Assembly (NCBI GenBank): GCA_031414535.1
Contig: JANNVQ010000041.1
Location: 1 to 64,000, forward strand
DNA length: 64,000 bases
Reading direction: 5' to 3'
Source: Gemmatimonas sp.
Lineage (GTDB): Bacteria; Gemmatimonadota; Gemmatimonadetes; Gemmatimonadales; Gemmatimonadaceae
Notes under the pieces: model-generated
Told to the model about the DNA's origin: nothing
Seen by the model: only the letters and a program-made list of their open reading frames with translations
Databases searched by the model: none
Position numbers and translations under genes: made by a program
Shown here: in pieces, positions 47,176-57,464 of the stretch
Layout: each line of letters opens with the position of its first letter
Position numbering within the stretch: position 1 is the stretch's first letter

Positions 47176-48252
47176 GTGACCGATCCCCGCCTCCCCGTCG
47201 CAGTACTCGGTGCCACCGGCGCCGTCGGACAGACCTTCATCCGTCTGCTCGCCGGTCACCCGTGGTTCCGCCTCGCCGAAGTCGCCGCCTCTGATCGTTC
47301 GGCGGGCAAGCGCTACGAGGACGCCACGAAGTGGATTGAGGGCACGATGCCAGATGAGGCCAAGGACCTCATCGTCACGACCTGTGATCCGCAGTCGGTG
47401 AAGAGCCCGCTCGTGTTCTCCGCGATGGACGCCGTCGCCGCAGAAACGGTTGAGCCCGCGTTCGCGATGGCTGGTCGCTTCGTGCTCAGCAACACGAAGA
47501 CCTTCCGCATGCACGACGATGTCCCGCTCGTCATTCCGGAAGTGAACGCGAACCATCTCAAGCTGCTCGACGCGCAGAACGCCAAGGGATGGACCGGTGG
47601 TGTGGTGACGAACGCGAATTGCGCCGCCATTGCCGCAACGATGGCCCTCGCGCCCCTACACGAGCGCTTCGGTCTCACCGAGCTGTTCATCGCGACCATG
47701 CAAGCCGTCAGTGGCGCTGGCTACCCAGGCGTTCCCTCGCTCGACATCCTCGGCAACGTCATCCCGTTCATCGGCGGCGGCGAGGAGGACAAGCTTGAGC
47801 GTGAAATGCAAAAGATGCTCGGCACCGTCGAAGGCACTCGCATCGCGCACGCGCCATTTGTGGTGAGCGCACATGCCAATCGCGTACCGGTTGAGCATGG
47901 ACACACGGTCGTGATGTCGGCCAAGTTCCGCATCAAGCCGACGGTGACTGAAGCGAGCGCCGTGATTCGCGCGTGGAGGTCGGAGATTGCCGACCTCGGG
48001 TTGCCAAGCGCACCGCGGTACCCGCTGGTGATTGCCAGTGAGGAAAATCGCCCACAGCCGCGCCGCGACGTCAACGCAGGGAATGGGATGACCGTCACGG
48101 TGGGTCGCATCCGCGAGGATTCCATCTTCCACCTCAAGCTCGTGGCGATGGGACACAACACCATTCGTGGCGCGGCTGGTGGAGCGGTGTTGAACGCCGA
48201 GGTGCTGGCTACCACGGGACGGCTGGGCTGGACCCCGCCGGCGACCCCATGA
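47176..48252 (+). CDS. asd: Aspartate-semialdehyde dehydrogenase (archaeal/fungal-like type)
   Basis: GATGAVGQ, PLVIPEVN, NANC, QAVSGAG, RVPV.HGH, HNTIRGAAG. Confidence 0.96.
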   Translation: MTDPRLPVAVLGATGAVGQTFIRLLAGHPWFRLAEVAASDRSAGKRYEDATKWIEGTMPDEAKDLIVTTCDPQSVKSPLVFSAMDAVAAETVEPAFAMAGRFVLSNTKTFRMHDDVPLVIPEVNANHLKLLDAQNAKGWTGGVVTNANCAAIAATMALAPLHERFGLTELFIATMQAVSGAGYPGVPSLDILGNVIPFIGGGEEDKLEREMQKMLGTVEGTRIAHAPFVVSAHANRVPVEHGHTVVMSAKFRIKPTVTEASAVIRAWRSEIADLGLPSAPRYPLVIASEENRPQPRRDVNAGNGMTVTVGRIREDSIFHLKLVAMGHNTIRGAAGGAVLNAEVLATTGRLGWTPPATP

Positions 48253-49601
48253 TCGTCTGCAAGTTTGGTGGTACCTCCGTCGGTGACTCCGAGGCCATCG
48301 CGCGCACGGTGGGTATCGTCCGCAGCAAGCTGGAGCGCGAGCCAGTCGTTGTGGTATCCGCGCTCGCAGGTACGACGAACCGCCTGATTGAGATTGCGGA
48401 GCAGGCCGCGAAAGGCGAATTGATCGTGGCGCTCACGATTTGCGAGGAGCTGCGCGCTCGGCACTTTGCCACGATCACCGAATTGCTGGGCACCCACGAA
48501 AGTCACGACGACGTTGCCGCCGACACCGGTGCGATGTTCGACGAATTGGCGCACTTGGCAGAAGCCCTTTCGGTGCTCGGGCACCTCACACCGCGCTCGC
48601 ACGATGCCGTCGCGTCCATCGGCGAGCGACTCTCGGCACCCATCGTCGCCGCAGCCATGCAGCGAGCCGGCCTGCCCGCGGTTTTCGTGGATGCTCGTCG
48701 TGTGATGGTCACGAATGAGGACTTCGGCCGTGCTGAACCAATCACCGACGACATCGCCCTGGCGTGCCGCGCCGTACTTGGCCCCTTGCTTCGTGAGGGC
48801 AAGGTCCCAGTGCTGGGCGGCTACATCGGCAGCACGCGGGTCGGCGTCACCACCACGCTTGGACGCGGTGGTTCGGACTACTCGGCCTCGCTCCTCGGCG
48901 CCGCGATGGAATCCGAGGCCATCGAGATCTGGACTGATGTGGATGGGATGCTCACCGCAGATCCCCGCGTCGTCAGCAACGCCCAGCTCATTGGTCACAT
49001 TCGGTTTGACGAAGCCGCGGAGCTCGCCAACTTCGGCGCCAAAGTGCTGCACCCCAACACCATCGCCCCGGCGGTGAAGCGCGGCATTCCCGTCTACGTG
49101 TTCAACTCGCGCAAGCCCGAGGGCACCGGTACGCGCATCACCTTCGACGCGCCGCGCACGCCCGTCCGCGCCATCGCCGGTAAGACGCGCACGGTGGTGG
49201 TGAAGATTCGCTCGCCTCGGATGCTCGCGACGCCAGGCGCGCTTCGAAAGATCTTTGAGGTTTTCGAGAAGAACCGAACCTCAGTGGACGTCGTGGCCAC
49301 GAGTGAAGTGAGCGTCAGCGTCACGCTCGACGATGATCAGCATCTCGAGGCGGTCGTAGCGCAGCTCTCGGCATTCGGTGACGTGGCGGTGGAACGTCAT
49401 CGTGGCATCGTGGCCCTCGTGGGTGCAGGGCTGGGCGAGCACACGGCGACCATGGCCACGGCGCTCGCCTCGCTCGGCGACCTCCGCCTGCACATGGTCT
49501 CGCTCAGCGCGACGGGCATCAATCTCACGCTCATCGTGGATGGCGATCAAGTGAACGAAGCGATGCAGCGCCTCCACGCGGCATTCTTTGGAGCCGCGTG
49601 A
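48249..49601 (+). CDS. lysC: Aspartokinase (LysC type, ACT domains)
   Basis: KFGGTSV, TLGRGGSDYSA, WTDVDG, FGAKVLHP, TSEVSVS. Confidence 0.95.
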   Translation: MIVCKFGGTSVGDSEAIARTVGIVRSKLEREPVVVVSALAGTTNRLIEIAEQAAKGELIVALTICEELRARHFATITELLGTHESHDDVAADTGAMFDELAHLAEALSVLGHLTPRSHDAVASIGERLSAPIVAAAMQRAGLPAVFVDARRVMVTNEDFGRAEPITDDIALACRAVLGPLLREGKVPVLGGYIGSTRVGVTTTLGRGGSDYSASLLGAAMESEAIEIWTDVDGMLTADPRVVSNAQLIGHIRFDEAAELANFGAKVLHPNTIAPAVKRGIPVYVFNSRKPEGTGTRITFDAPRTPVRAIAGKTRTVVVKIRSPRMLATPGALRKIFEVFEKNRTSVDVVATSEVSVSVTLDDDQHLEAVVAQLSAFGDVAVERHRGIVALVGAGLGEHTATMATALASLGDLRLHMVSLSATGINLTLIVDGDQVNEAMQRLHAAFFGAA

Positions 49602-50296
49602 TGATCAAGCTCGCGATTCTCGGTGCCGGCAAAATGGGCTCGCTACTCTCAGCGCTTGCGCCAGAGAGCGGGTTCACGCTCGTCGCCCATCTCGACAAGG
49701 CACACACGCGCCACGGCCTCACCCTACACGCACTGAATGGCGCCGAGGTGGTGATTGAGTTCACGGAGCCGCAGGCGGCTGCCGCCTTAGTGAAGCAATG
49801 CGCAGAACTCGGCGTGCCCGTCGTCAGTGGCACCACCGGATGGGATGCTGAGAAAGCCTTAGTGGAAACCTTTGTGCGCAACTCCAGTGGGGCCATGCTC
49901 TGGGCTCCAAACTATGCGCTCGGTGTTCACCTGTTTGCCAAGGTCGTAGAGGAGGCCGCGCGCCGCTTTGCGCACGACCGCGCGGGATTCGATCTGCACC
50001 TCATCGAGACGCATCACAGCAAGAAGCTGGACGCGCCGAGCGGCACCGCGCGTATGCTGGCGACCATCGCCGAGCGAGCGCAGGGGAAGGCCGTGCCGGT
50101 GACGAGTGTGCGCACGGGCCATGTACCTGGCACGCATGAGTTCGTATTTGACGCAGCGTTTGAGCAGGTGCGACTCGTTCACGAGGCACGCGACCGTCGT
50201 GTATTTGCCGCGGGCGCGCTCGCGGCTGCTCGTTGGTTGGCTGGCAAGCGCGGCGTGTTTACCCTCGATGACTTTCTGGGAGATGTAATCCGATGA
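49598..50296 (+). CDS. dapB: 4-hydroxy-tetrahydrodipicolinate reductase
   Basis: GAGKMG, GTTG, ETHH..KLDAPSGTA, H.A.DR..FA.GA. Confidence 0.95.
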   Translation: MMIKLAILGAGKMGSLLSALAPESGFTLVAHLDKAHTRHGLTLHALNGAEVVIEFTEPQAAAALVKQCAELGVPVVSGTTGWDAEKALVETFVRNSSGAMLWAPNYALGVHLFAKVVEEAARRFAHDRAGFDLHLIETHHSKKLDAPSGTARMLATIAERAQGKAVPVTSVRTGHVPGTHEFVFDAAFEQVRLVHEARDRRVFAAGALAAARWLAGKRGVFTLDDFLGDVIR

Positions 50297-51180
50297 CCCA
50301 AACCCTACGCGGCGCCATCACGGCGCTCGTCACGCCGTTCACGGCCGACGGTAAAGTGGATGAGCGCGCCTTGGCTGCGCTCGTGGAGTGGCAGATCGCC
50401 GAGGGCATTCACGGCATCGTGCCTGTGGGTTCGACCGGTGAGGCCGTGACGCTCTCGCTGGCCGAGCGCGAACGCATCGTGCGCGTGGTGGTCGAGGCCG
50501 TAAAGGGACGCGTGCCGGTGATTGCAGGGGCTGGCTCCAACGATACGTCCGCGGCCATCGAAGCTTCTCGTGTGCTCGGCAAGGCCGGGGCGACGCATCT
50601 GCTCCACGTCTCGCCGATGTACAACAAGCCGCCGCAACGGGGCATCGTGGCGCACTTCCGCGCTGTGGCCGATGCGTCGCCGCTGCCAGTGGTGCTGTAT
50701 AACGTGCCAGGACGCACGGGCAGCAACATGAGCGCCGAGACCACGCTGGAGCTCGCGGAGCACGCGAACATCTGCGCGGTCAAGGAAGCCTCGGGCAACA
50801 CCGGGCAGATTGACGCCATCCTGCGCGGACGCCCTGAGGGCTTCGCTGTACTGTCTGGCGACGATGGCCTCACGCTCGCCGTGATGGCGGCGGGCGGCGA
50901 CGGCGTGATTTCCGTCATCTCCAACGCGGTGCCAAAACTTTGTGCGCAACTCACGGACGCGCTCGCCAAGAGTGATCTCGCCACGGCGAGCCTTATTCAT
51001 CACCGGCTGGCTCCGCTCGTGGATGCGGCGTTCATCGAGAGCAATCCGATTCCCATCAAGGCCGCGCTCGCCATGATGGGCAAATTGCAGAACGTCCTGC
51101 GCCTCCCGCTCGTGCCGCTTGAGTCCAAGCACGAGGCGCGGATGTCGGCGGCGCTGCGCATCGCCGGAGTGTCGCTGTGA
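50293..51180 (+). CDS. dapA: 4-hydroxy-tetrahydrodipicolinate synthase
   Basis: ALVTPF, GSTGE, YNVPGRT, KEAS, SGDD, NPIPIK. Confidence 0.96.
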   Translation: MTQTLRGAITALVTPFTADGKVDERALAALVEWQIAEGIHGIVPVGSTGEAVTLSLAERERIVRVVVEAVKGRVPVIAGAGSNDTSAAIEASRVLGKAGATHLLHVSPMYNKPPQRGIVAHFRAVADASPLPVVLYNVPGRTGSNMSAETTLELAEHANICAVKEASGNTGQIDAILRGRPEGFAVLSGDDGLTLAVMAAGGDGVISVISNAVPKLCAQLTDALAKSDLATASLIHHRLAPLVDAAFIESNPIPIKAALAMMGKLQNVLRLPLVPLESKHEARMSAALRIAGVSL

Positions 51181-52028
51181 AGCTGACCGCGCAACAGTTG
51201 GAGCACGAGATCGAACGCCTTTTCCCGATGGCGGCGGACAAGCTCCCAATCGAGACGGAGGCCGTGGTGCTTGCCTTGCTCGACTCGCTGGAAGCGGGCG
51301 AGGTCCGTAGCGCCACCAAGGGCGATGACGGACACTGGCGCGCCGTGCCGTGGGTGAAGCGCGGTATTCTGCTCGGCTTCCGTGCAGGCCGCATCGTCGA
51401 GATGGGCGACAAGCACTCGCCGTTCCGATTCTTTGACAAGCATACGTATACCACGCGGCCGCTCACGCTCGCGCACAATGTGCGCGTGGTGCCCGGCGGC
51501 TCGACGATTCGTCGTGGCGCGTACTTGGCACCCGGCGTCGTCTGCATGCCGCCCATGTATGTGAATGTTGGCAGTTGGGTCGGTGCCGGCACGATGATTG
51601 ATTCGCACGTGCTCGTCGGCTCCTGCGCGCAGATCGGTGCGCGTGTGCACTTGAGCGCGGCCGCGCAGATTGGCGGCGTGCTGGAGCCGGTGAATGCATC
51701 GCCCGTGATCATCGAAGATGACGTGATTGTCGGGGGAAATTGCGGCGTATACGAGGGTACCGTGGTGCGCGAGAAGGCGGTGCTCGCGGCCGGTGTCGTG
51801 CTCACGCGCGGCACGCCCGTGTTCGATCTCGTGAAGGAGGCCGTGTATCGCGCCACAGCCGATGCGCCGCTCGAGATTCCAGCAGGCGCCGTGGTGGTCC
51901 CCGGTGCACGCGCCGTGAAGGGTGGCTTCGCGGCGGAGCAGGGGCTCTCGCTCCAAACGCCGGTGATTGTGAAGTACCGCGACGAAAAGACAGACCTCGC
52001 AACTGCGTTAGAAAGTTGGTTGCGCTGA
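51177..52028 (+). CDS. dapD: Tetrahydrodipicolinate N-succinyltransferase
   Basis: [33 protein letters not shown] hexapeptide repeats. Confidence 0.95.
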   Translation: MKLTAQQLEHEIERLFPMAADKLPIETEAVVLALLDSLEAGEVRSATKGDDGHWRAVPWVKRGILLGFRAGRIVEMGDKHSPFRFFDKHTYTTRPLTLAHNVRVVPGGSTIRRGAYLAPGVVCMPPMYVNVGSWVGAGTMIDSHVLVGSCAQIGARVHLSAAAQIGGVLEPVNASPVIIEDDVIVGGNCGVYEGTVVREKAVLAAGVVLTRGTPVFDLVKEAVYRATADAPLEIPAGAVVVPGARAVKGGFAAEQGLSLQTPVIVKYRDEKTDLATALESWLR

Positions 52029-52044
52029 GTCGGCGCGCTCCGCG

Positions 52045-53304
52045 ATGAACACGCTCCGCGTTCCCGGCGACAAGTCCATCTCCCACCGCGCGCTCATGCT
52101 CGCGGTGCTGGGCAACGGATCTTCGCGCATTCGCGGCATCCTGCAGAGTGCCGATGTGCACTCCACCGCGGCGGTGTTGCGCGCGCTCGGTGCGCAGATT
52201 CCTGAGCTCGACGCGCCCGAGATTGTGATCAACGGATTGGGCCTGCGCGGTTTGCGCACGTCGAGCGTTGAGCTCGACTGCGGAAACTCTGGCACGACGG
52301 CGCGCCTGATGTCTGGTGCGGTAGCTGGGGCTGGCGTGGATGCCACGTTCATCGGAGATGCGAGCCTCAGCCGGCGCCCCATGGAGCGTGTCGCAGCGCC
52401 GCTCTCGGCGATGGGTGCACGGGTGGAACTCCCCGAGCACGGCGGACTCCCGATGGTCATGCGCGGCGCGCCGCTGAAGGGCATTACCTGGCATCCCGAT
52501 ATCGCAAGCGCACAGGTGAAGAGCGCCATCTTGCTGGCTGGACTGGTGGCCGATGTGCCGGTTGAAGTGCACGAGCCTGCCACCACCCGCGATCACAGCG
52601 AGCGCATGCTGCGCGCGCGTGGCGTGGACGTGCGCAGCGACGGCAATGTGGTGTCGCTCAATCCGCGTGCGCGCTTGGACGCTGGGGATGTGGATGTGCC
52701 TGGCGATCCGTCGTCCGCTGCATTCGTCGCAGGCCTCGCTGCGCTGAACGGAGTGAAGGACGCAGCGGTGCGCATCGAAAACGTCGGCATCAACCCCGGT
52801 CGGCTCGGTGCCTTCGCCGCACTACGTCGTATGGGTGCCCAGATCGCCTTCGAGGACGTTGCGGACCAGGGTGGGGAGCCCGTCGCCGCTCTCGTATGCC
52901 GTGCGGGCGCGCTCAAAGGCATCACCATCACGCCAGATGAAGTGCCGAGCCTCATTGATGAATTGCCGCTTTTGGCCTGCGTTGCGGCGAGGGCCGAAGG
53001 CGAGACGCGCGTGACTGGTGCTGGCGAGCTGCGCGTGAAGGAGAGCGATCGCATCAAGACCGTCGTCAGCAACCTGCACGCCCTTGGTGTAGACGCCGAG
53101 GAGTTGCCCGATGGCTTCATTGTGCGCGGAACCCAACAGCGCCTCATGGGCAAAGCCACCACCCACGGCGACCATCGCATTGCGATGGCCTTTGGTGTGC
53201 TGGGTGCGCTACCTGGCAATGCGGTTGAAGTAGACGACCCGTTCTGTTGTGCGGTCAGTTGGCCTAGTTTCTGGGACGACCTCCAACGCGTGAAACGTGA
53301 CTGA
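52045..53304 (+). CDS. aroA: EPSP synthase
   Basis: PGDKSISHR, CGNSGTT.R, SAQVKSA, RDHSE, ELRVKESDR, DHRIAM. Confidence 0.98.
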   Translation: MNTLRVPGDKSISHRALMLAVLGNGSSRIRGILQSADVHSTAAVLRALGAQIPELDAPEIVINGLGLRGLRTSSVELDCGNSGTTARLMSGAVAGAGVDATFIGDASLSRRPMERVAAPLSAMGARVELPEHGGLPMVMRGAPLKGITWHPDIASAQVKSAILLAGLVADVPVEVHEPATTRDHSERMLRARGVDVRSDGNVVSLNPRARLDAGDVDVPGDPSSAAFVAGLAALNGVKDAAVRIENVGINPGRLGAFAALRRMGAQIAFEDVADQGGEPVAALVCRAGALKGITITPDEVPSLIDELPLLACVAARAEGETRVTGAGELRVKESDRIKTVVSNLHALGVDAEELPDGFIVRGTQQRLMGKATTHGDHRIAMAFGVLGALPGNAVEVDDPFCCAVSWPSFWDDLQRVKRD

Positions 53305-53998
53305 GCGCCGCAAACCATTGGTCATCGCCATCGATGGCCCCGCTGCATCCGGAAAATCCTCCACGGCGAAGTGGGTCGCGCGGGAGTTAGGCGTGCTGCA
53401 CGTGGACTCGGGTTCGCTGTATCGCGCCGCGACGGCCGCCGCGTTGCGCACGGAGCCGGACGTAACCAAGTGGACGGAGTCAAGCGTGCTCACTGCCGCG
53501 CAGCCGATTCACTTGGTCCCGGGCGAGACCACCTTTCACCCGTACATCGGCGACCAAGACCTCGAGGCCGACCTGCGCGGGAAGGCCGTCACAGCGAATG
53601 TGAGCTTTGTGGCGCAGATGCAGGGCCTTCGTGCTTGGGTAAATGCACAGGTGCAGGCTGCGGCCGAGGGTCACGCGGTGGTGGTGGATGGCCGTGACAT
53701 GGGCACCGCGGTTTTTCCAAAGGCTCGCGTGAAGATTTTTCTCGTCGCCGATTCGTGGGAACGGGCGCGCCGTCGCTTGGTACAGCGTCTGCAACGCGCC
53801 CCGGGCGACGACGAGATCGCCGCTGAGGTCGAGGCCCTTATCCAGCGCGATGTGAAGGATGAAGCACAGACCAAGCAGGCCGCGGACGCCGTACGTATCG
53901 ATACCACTGCGCTCACGCAGGAAGAGCAGGTCGAGCGCATCGTGGCTATGGCACGCCAGGCAATGCGCGGTGCGCTCTTACCCCCAGTCGCTGACTGA
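53297..53998 (+). CDS. cmk: Cytidylate kinase
   Basis: AIDGPAASGKSS, DSGSLYR, DGRDMGT.VFP. Confidence 0.96.
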   Translation: MTERRKPLVIAIDGPAASGKSSTAKWVARELGVLHVDSGSLYRAATAAALRTEPDVTKWTESSVLTAAQPIHLVPGETTFHPYIGDQDLEADLRGKAVTANVSFVAQMQGLRAWVNAQVQAAAEGHAVVVDGRDMGTAVFPKARVKIFLVADSWERARRRLVQRLQRAPGDDEIAAEVEALIQRDVKDEAQTKQAADAVRIDTTALTQEEQVERIVAMARQAMRGALLPPVAD

Positions 53999-54062
53999 CG
54001 CACCTGTCTACTGCTAACCCGCTAGTTGTTCGTACGAGGAAGTGCGGCTACTGACTTTATCG

Positions 54063-55511
54063 CTACGCAATCTCTTCGCGATGCAGGTCCATGTTGTGCC
54101 GCCGCAGCCATCCGGAGTACAACGAGTCTTTCTCGTAGCGGTTCATCACCGCCTTCGTAAACACCACCGCGAGCATGAGCGGCATCACGAGCTCGAAGTC
54201 GTGCGTCATTTCAAACACGAGGAGAATGCCCGTGATAGGCGCGCCGGTCGCCCCCGCGACCATCGCCCCCATGCCCGCGAGTGCGTAGAGGGCAGGGTCC
54301 ACCTGCGCGGCGGGAAACGCCGACTGCACGAGCACACCGAACGCGCCGCCGGTTGTCGCGCCCACGAAGAGCGCTGGCGTAAACACTCCCCCCGACCCGC
54401 CGGCGTTCAACGTCAACGATGTGGCGAGAATCTTTGCGACGGCGAGGCTGATGAGCGTCCACCAAGGCATGCGGCCAAATAGTTCCAGTGGCGCATTCAG
54501 ATGGCCGTCTCCTGCCGTTGCACCCTGCGTGACAAATGCAATGATGCCAACGAGCATACCGCCGAGCCACGGCAACCAGCGCGCGCTGATGCGACCCGTG
54601 CGCACAAACGCATCCACGCCAAAGTACGTGCGCACGAACAACGTGCCCATCAGCGCACAGATGACACCGAGCGCGGGGAGCAGTAGCCCGATTTCCCAAC
54701 CGCTGAGTGCGCCGAGCTCGCCTGGAACGGGGAACGCCGGACCCGAGCCAAAAATGCCTCGCGCCACCACCGCCGCCACCACCGCCGCCACCACGACGGG
54801 CGAGAAGTATCCGCCAGCAAAGGTGCCGAGTATTTCCTCAAGCGCGAAAAACGCACCGGCGAGCGGTGCATTGAACGCGGCAGAAATTGCGCCCGCCGCG
54901 CCGCAGGCCACGAGCACACGCAGGCGGCCCGGCTTGAAGCGAAACATTCGCCCAAGCCAAGAACCCAGCGTGGCGCCGATGACGACCACTGGCCCCTCTG
55001 CGCCGGCCGAACCGCCGCCACCAATCGTGATGGCACTCGCCAGCGTGCGACCAAGCGCAGGGCGAGGGGCGATGCGGCCACCCCGATGCTCCACGGCGGC
55101 CTGAATATCTGGAACGTTCATGCCGTCGTGTTCGCGCCCCACGATACGCATCGTCCACGATGCCACGGCAAACGTCACGGCAGTCAGGAGCGGCCGGAAC
55201 GCGAGGAGGCCCAACTCTGGCAGCACCAGCGCTGGCGCCACCACGAGCGCCGAGTGCGCAAGCGAGATCCCTTTGTAGAAACCCAGCACCCCGAGGGCAG
55301 CACCGATTCCGATCACCACGGCGAAAGCCACGAGCGTCGGTTCGGCCCCGAGCCGAAGTGCGGTAAAACGCTGTACGAGGTGGTCGCGACCCGACCGCAG
55401 CGCGTGCAGCAGGCGACGTCGGCCCCGGCGCACCCGCGTGCGGACGACCCGGATAGACCGGCTCGAACGTCTCGCCCGAGGCGAGCCGTCGTCGGGGGGT
55501 GGTGCGTTCAT
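54063..55511 (-). CDS. ClC-family anion channel/transporter without CBS domains
   Basis: GMNVP, GAEGP, AFNAPLAG.FF.LE, GGVFTP, SLY; start uncertain. Confidence 0.9.
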   Translation of the reverse strand: MNAPPPDDGSPRARRSSRSIRVVRTRVRRGRRRLLHALRSGRDHLVQRFTALRLGAEPTLVAFAVVIGIGAALGVLGFYKGISLAHSALVVAPALVLPELGLLAFRPLLTAVTFAVASWTMRIVGREHDGMNVPDIQAAVEHRGGRIAPRPALGRTLASAITIGGGGSAGAEGPVVVIGATLGSWLGRMFRFKPGRLRVLVACGAAGAISAAFNAPLAGAFFALEEILGTFAGGYFSPVVVAAVVAAVVARGIFGSGPAFPVPGELGALSGWEIGLLLPALGVICALMGTLFVRTYFGVDAFVRTGRISARWLPWLGGMLVGIIAFVTQGATAGDGHLNAPLELFGRMPWWTLISLAVAKILATSLTLNAGGSGGVFTPALFVGATTGGAFGVLVQSAFPAAQVDPALYALAGMGAMVAGATGAPITGILLVFEMTHDFELVMPLMLAVVFTKAVMNRYEKDSLYSGWLRRHNMDLHREEIA

Positions 55512-55552
55512 TGCTCGCGGAATCTAACCCCTTATGCCGCAATGCGTTCTGC

Positions 55553-55581
55553 TTGACCTTGGGGCAGTTGGCTGGTAGCTT
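55553..55581 (+). promoter_or_regulatory. Sigma70-type promoter of rpsA
   Basis: TTGACC-17 nt-TAGCTT. Confidence 0.7.
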
Positions 55582-55667
55582 TACAGGCTTGCCCGAAATA
55601 CGGGCCGCGTAGGCCAAACTTCCTTTCCTCGTCCGCGGCGAGCCGAACCCCCGCGTGTGGAGTTGTC

Positions 55668-57458
55668 ATGACCGTAGCCGATATGCTGAGCCCAGAGGAA
55701 ATCGCGCGCCAAAAGCGCGATGCCCAGCGCGCCCAGCTCCGCCCCCTCGCCAACCGCCGCCCCGAGCTCTACGACGAAGATGAAATCTCGTCGGATGAAT
55801 TCGAAGCGATGATGGAGATGTACAACGGGACCCTCGCTTCCATCGAAGAAGGCGAGATCGTTAAGTCCCGTGTGCTTGAGATTCGCGAGAACCTCGTCGT
55901 GCTCGATATCGGATTCAAGTCCGAAGGCACGATCCCGCTCGAAGAATTCAAGGACATGCCCGAGCTCAAGGTCGGGGACGAAGTCGAAGTCCTCCTTGAG
56001 CACCTCGAAGATTCCGAGGGCTCGGTCGTATTGTCGAAGAAGAAGGCCGACTTCATGCGCGTGTGGGAGCGTATCCGCGTCGCGTACGAGTCCGACCAGC
56101 CGGTGACCGGCACGCTCGTCAAGAAGATCAAGGGTGGCGTGGTCGTCGACCTCATGGGTGTCGACGCCTTCCTCCCGGGTTCGCAGATCGCGCTGCGTCG
56201 CGTGCCGAACATCGACGAGCTCCTCGGCCACACCTACGACTTCAAGATCATCAAGCTCAACAAGCGCCGCCGCAACATCGTGGTGTCGCGCCGTGTGATA
56301 CTGGAAACCGAGCGCGCCGGCAAGCGTGAGAAGTTGATGAAGGAGTTGGCCAAGGATCAGGTCCGTAAGGGCGTGGTCAAGAACATCACGGACTTCGGTG
56401 CCTTCATCGATCTCGGCGGTGTTGACGGTCTGCTTCACATCACCGACATGTCCTGGGGCCGCATCTCGCATCCGAGCGAGATGGTCCACATCGGCATGGA
56501 GCTCGAGATCAAGGTGCTTGATATCGATTGGGAGCGCGAGCGCATCTCGCTCGGCCTCAAGCAGCTGCAGGCGTATCCGTGGAAGGATGTGGCGGACAAG
56601 TTCCCGGTCGGCACGCGCGTCTCGGGTAAGGTCGTCTCCATCACCAACTACGGCGCCTTCATTGAGCTCGAGCCGGGCATCGAAGGCCTCGTGCACATCT
56701 CCGAGATGAGCTGGACGCGCAACGTCCGTCATCCGTCGAAGCTCGTCAGCATTGGCGAGGCGATTGACGCGGTGGTGCTCAAGGTCGATCCGACCGAAGA
56801 GAAGATCTCGCTCGGCATGAAGCAGACTGAGCAGGATCCGTGGATGGTGTTGCCGCTCAAGTACCCGGTCGGCACCCGTCTCAACGGCAAGGTTCGTAAC
56901 CTGACCTCGTTCGGCGCCTTTGTCGAAATCGAGCCGGGCATCGACGGCCTCATTCACATCTCCGACATGTCCTGGACCAAGCGCGTCCAGCATCCGTCGG
57001 AAGTCGTGAAGAAGGGTGACGCGGTGGACGTGGTGATCCTCAACATTGACGCCGAGAACAAGCGCATCTCGCTCGGCCTCAAGCAAGCGTCCGAGGATCC
57101 GTGGCTGCGCATCGGCGAGACCCTGCCAGTTGGCACGGAAATGCCGGGCAAGGTCGCCCGCCTGATGGACAAGGGCGTGGTCGTGGACATCGGCAACGAC
57201 ATCGAAGGCTTCGTGCCGCTCTCGCACCTCAACATCTCGGGCCAGCAGGTCAACAGCTCGGCTGACGTGGCGTGGGAAGCGATGTTGATGAACGTGAAGA
57301 TTCTCGAGATTGACCCGATTCATCGTCGTATCGTGCTGGGCGTGACGGACATTCCGGCTGGTCAGGAGCGTCCGGCGGAGCCGAGCAAGGTGCACACGGA
57401 AGACGAAGAGCTGGCGCCGATTCCGGCTGACCTCGACGCGGTTGTTGACGACGAGTAA
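55668..57458 (+). CDS. rpsA: 30S ribosomal protein S1
   Basis: Six S1 repeats (DIGFKSEG, AFLPGSQ, FGAF.D/E, GL.HI(T/S)DMSW, RISLGLKQ). Confidence 0.98.
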   Translation: MTVADMLSPEEIARQKRDAQRAQLRPLANRRPELYDEDEISSDEFEAMMEMYNGTLASIEEGEIVKSRVLEIRENLVVLDIGFKSEGTIPLEEFKDMPELKVGDEVEVLLEHLEDSEGSVVLSKKKADFMRVWERIRVAYESDQPVTGTLVKKIKGGVVVDLMGVDAFLPGSQIALRRVPNIDELLGHTYDFKIIKLNKRRRNIVVSRRVILETERAGKREKLMKELAKDQVRKGVVKNITDFGAFIDLGGVDGLLHITDMSWGRISHPSEMVHIGMELEIKVLDIDWERERISLGLKQLQAYPWKDVADKFPVGTRVSGKVVSITNYGAFIELEPGIEGLVHISEMSWTRNVRHPSKLVSIGEAIDAVVLKVDPTEEKISLGMKQTEQDPWMVLPLKYPVGTRLNGKVRNLTSFGAFVEIEPGIDGLIHISDMSWTKRVQHPSEVVKKGDAVDVVILNIDAENKRISLGLKQASEDPWLRIGETLPVGTEMPGKVARLMDKGVVVDIGNDIEGFVPLSHLNISGQQVNSSADVAWEAMLMNVKILEIDPIHRRIVLGVTDIPAGQERPAEPSKVHTEDEELAPIPADLDAVVDDE

Positions 57459-57464
57459 GTAGCG

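Noticed and set aside
56722..56738. GTCCGTCATCCGTC inside rpsA as a heptamer element
   Set aside because: It encodes the conserved S1-repeat motif VRHPS, has only two units and lacks the element's ends.
55581..57395. Long antisense ORFs (for example 55581-57395, 24324-26171, 37138-38928, 4399-6060, 58617-60077)
   Set aside because: They shadow well-conserved sense genes, are expected from GC-rich codon bias, and show no recognisable motifs.
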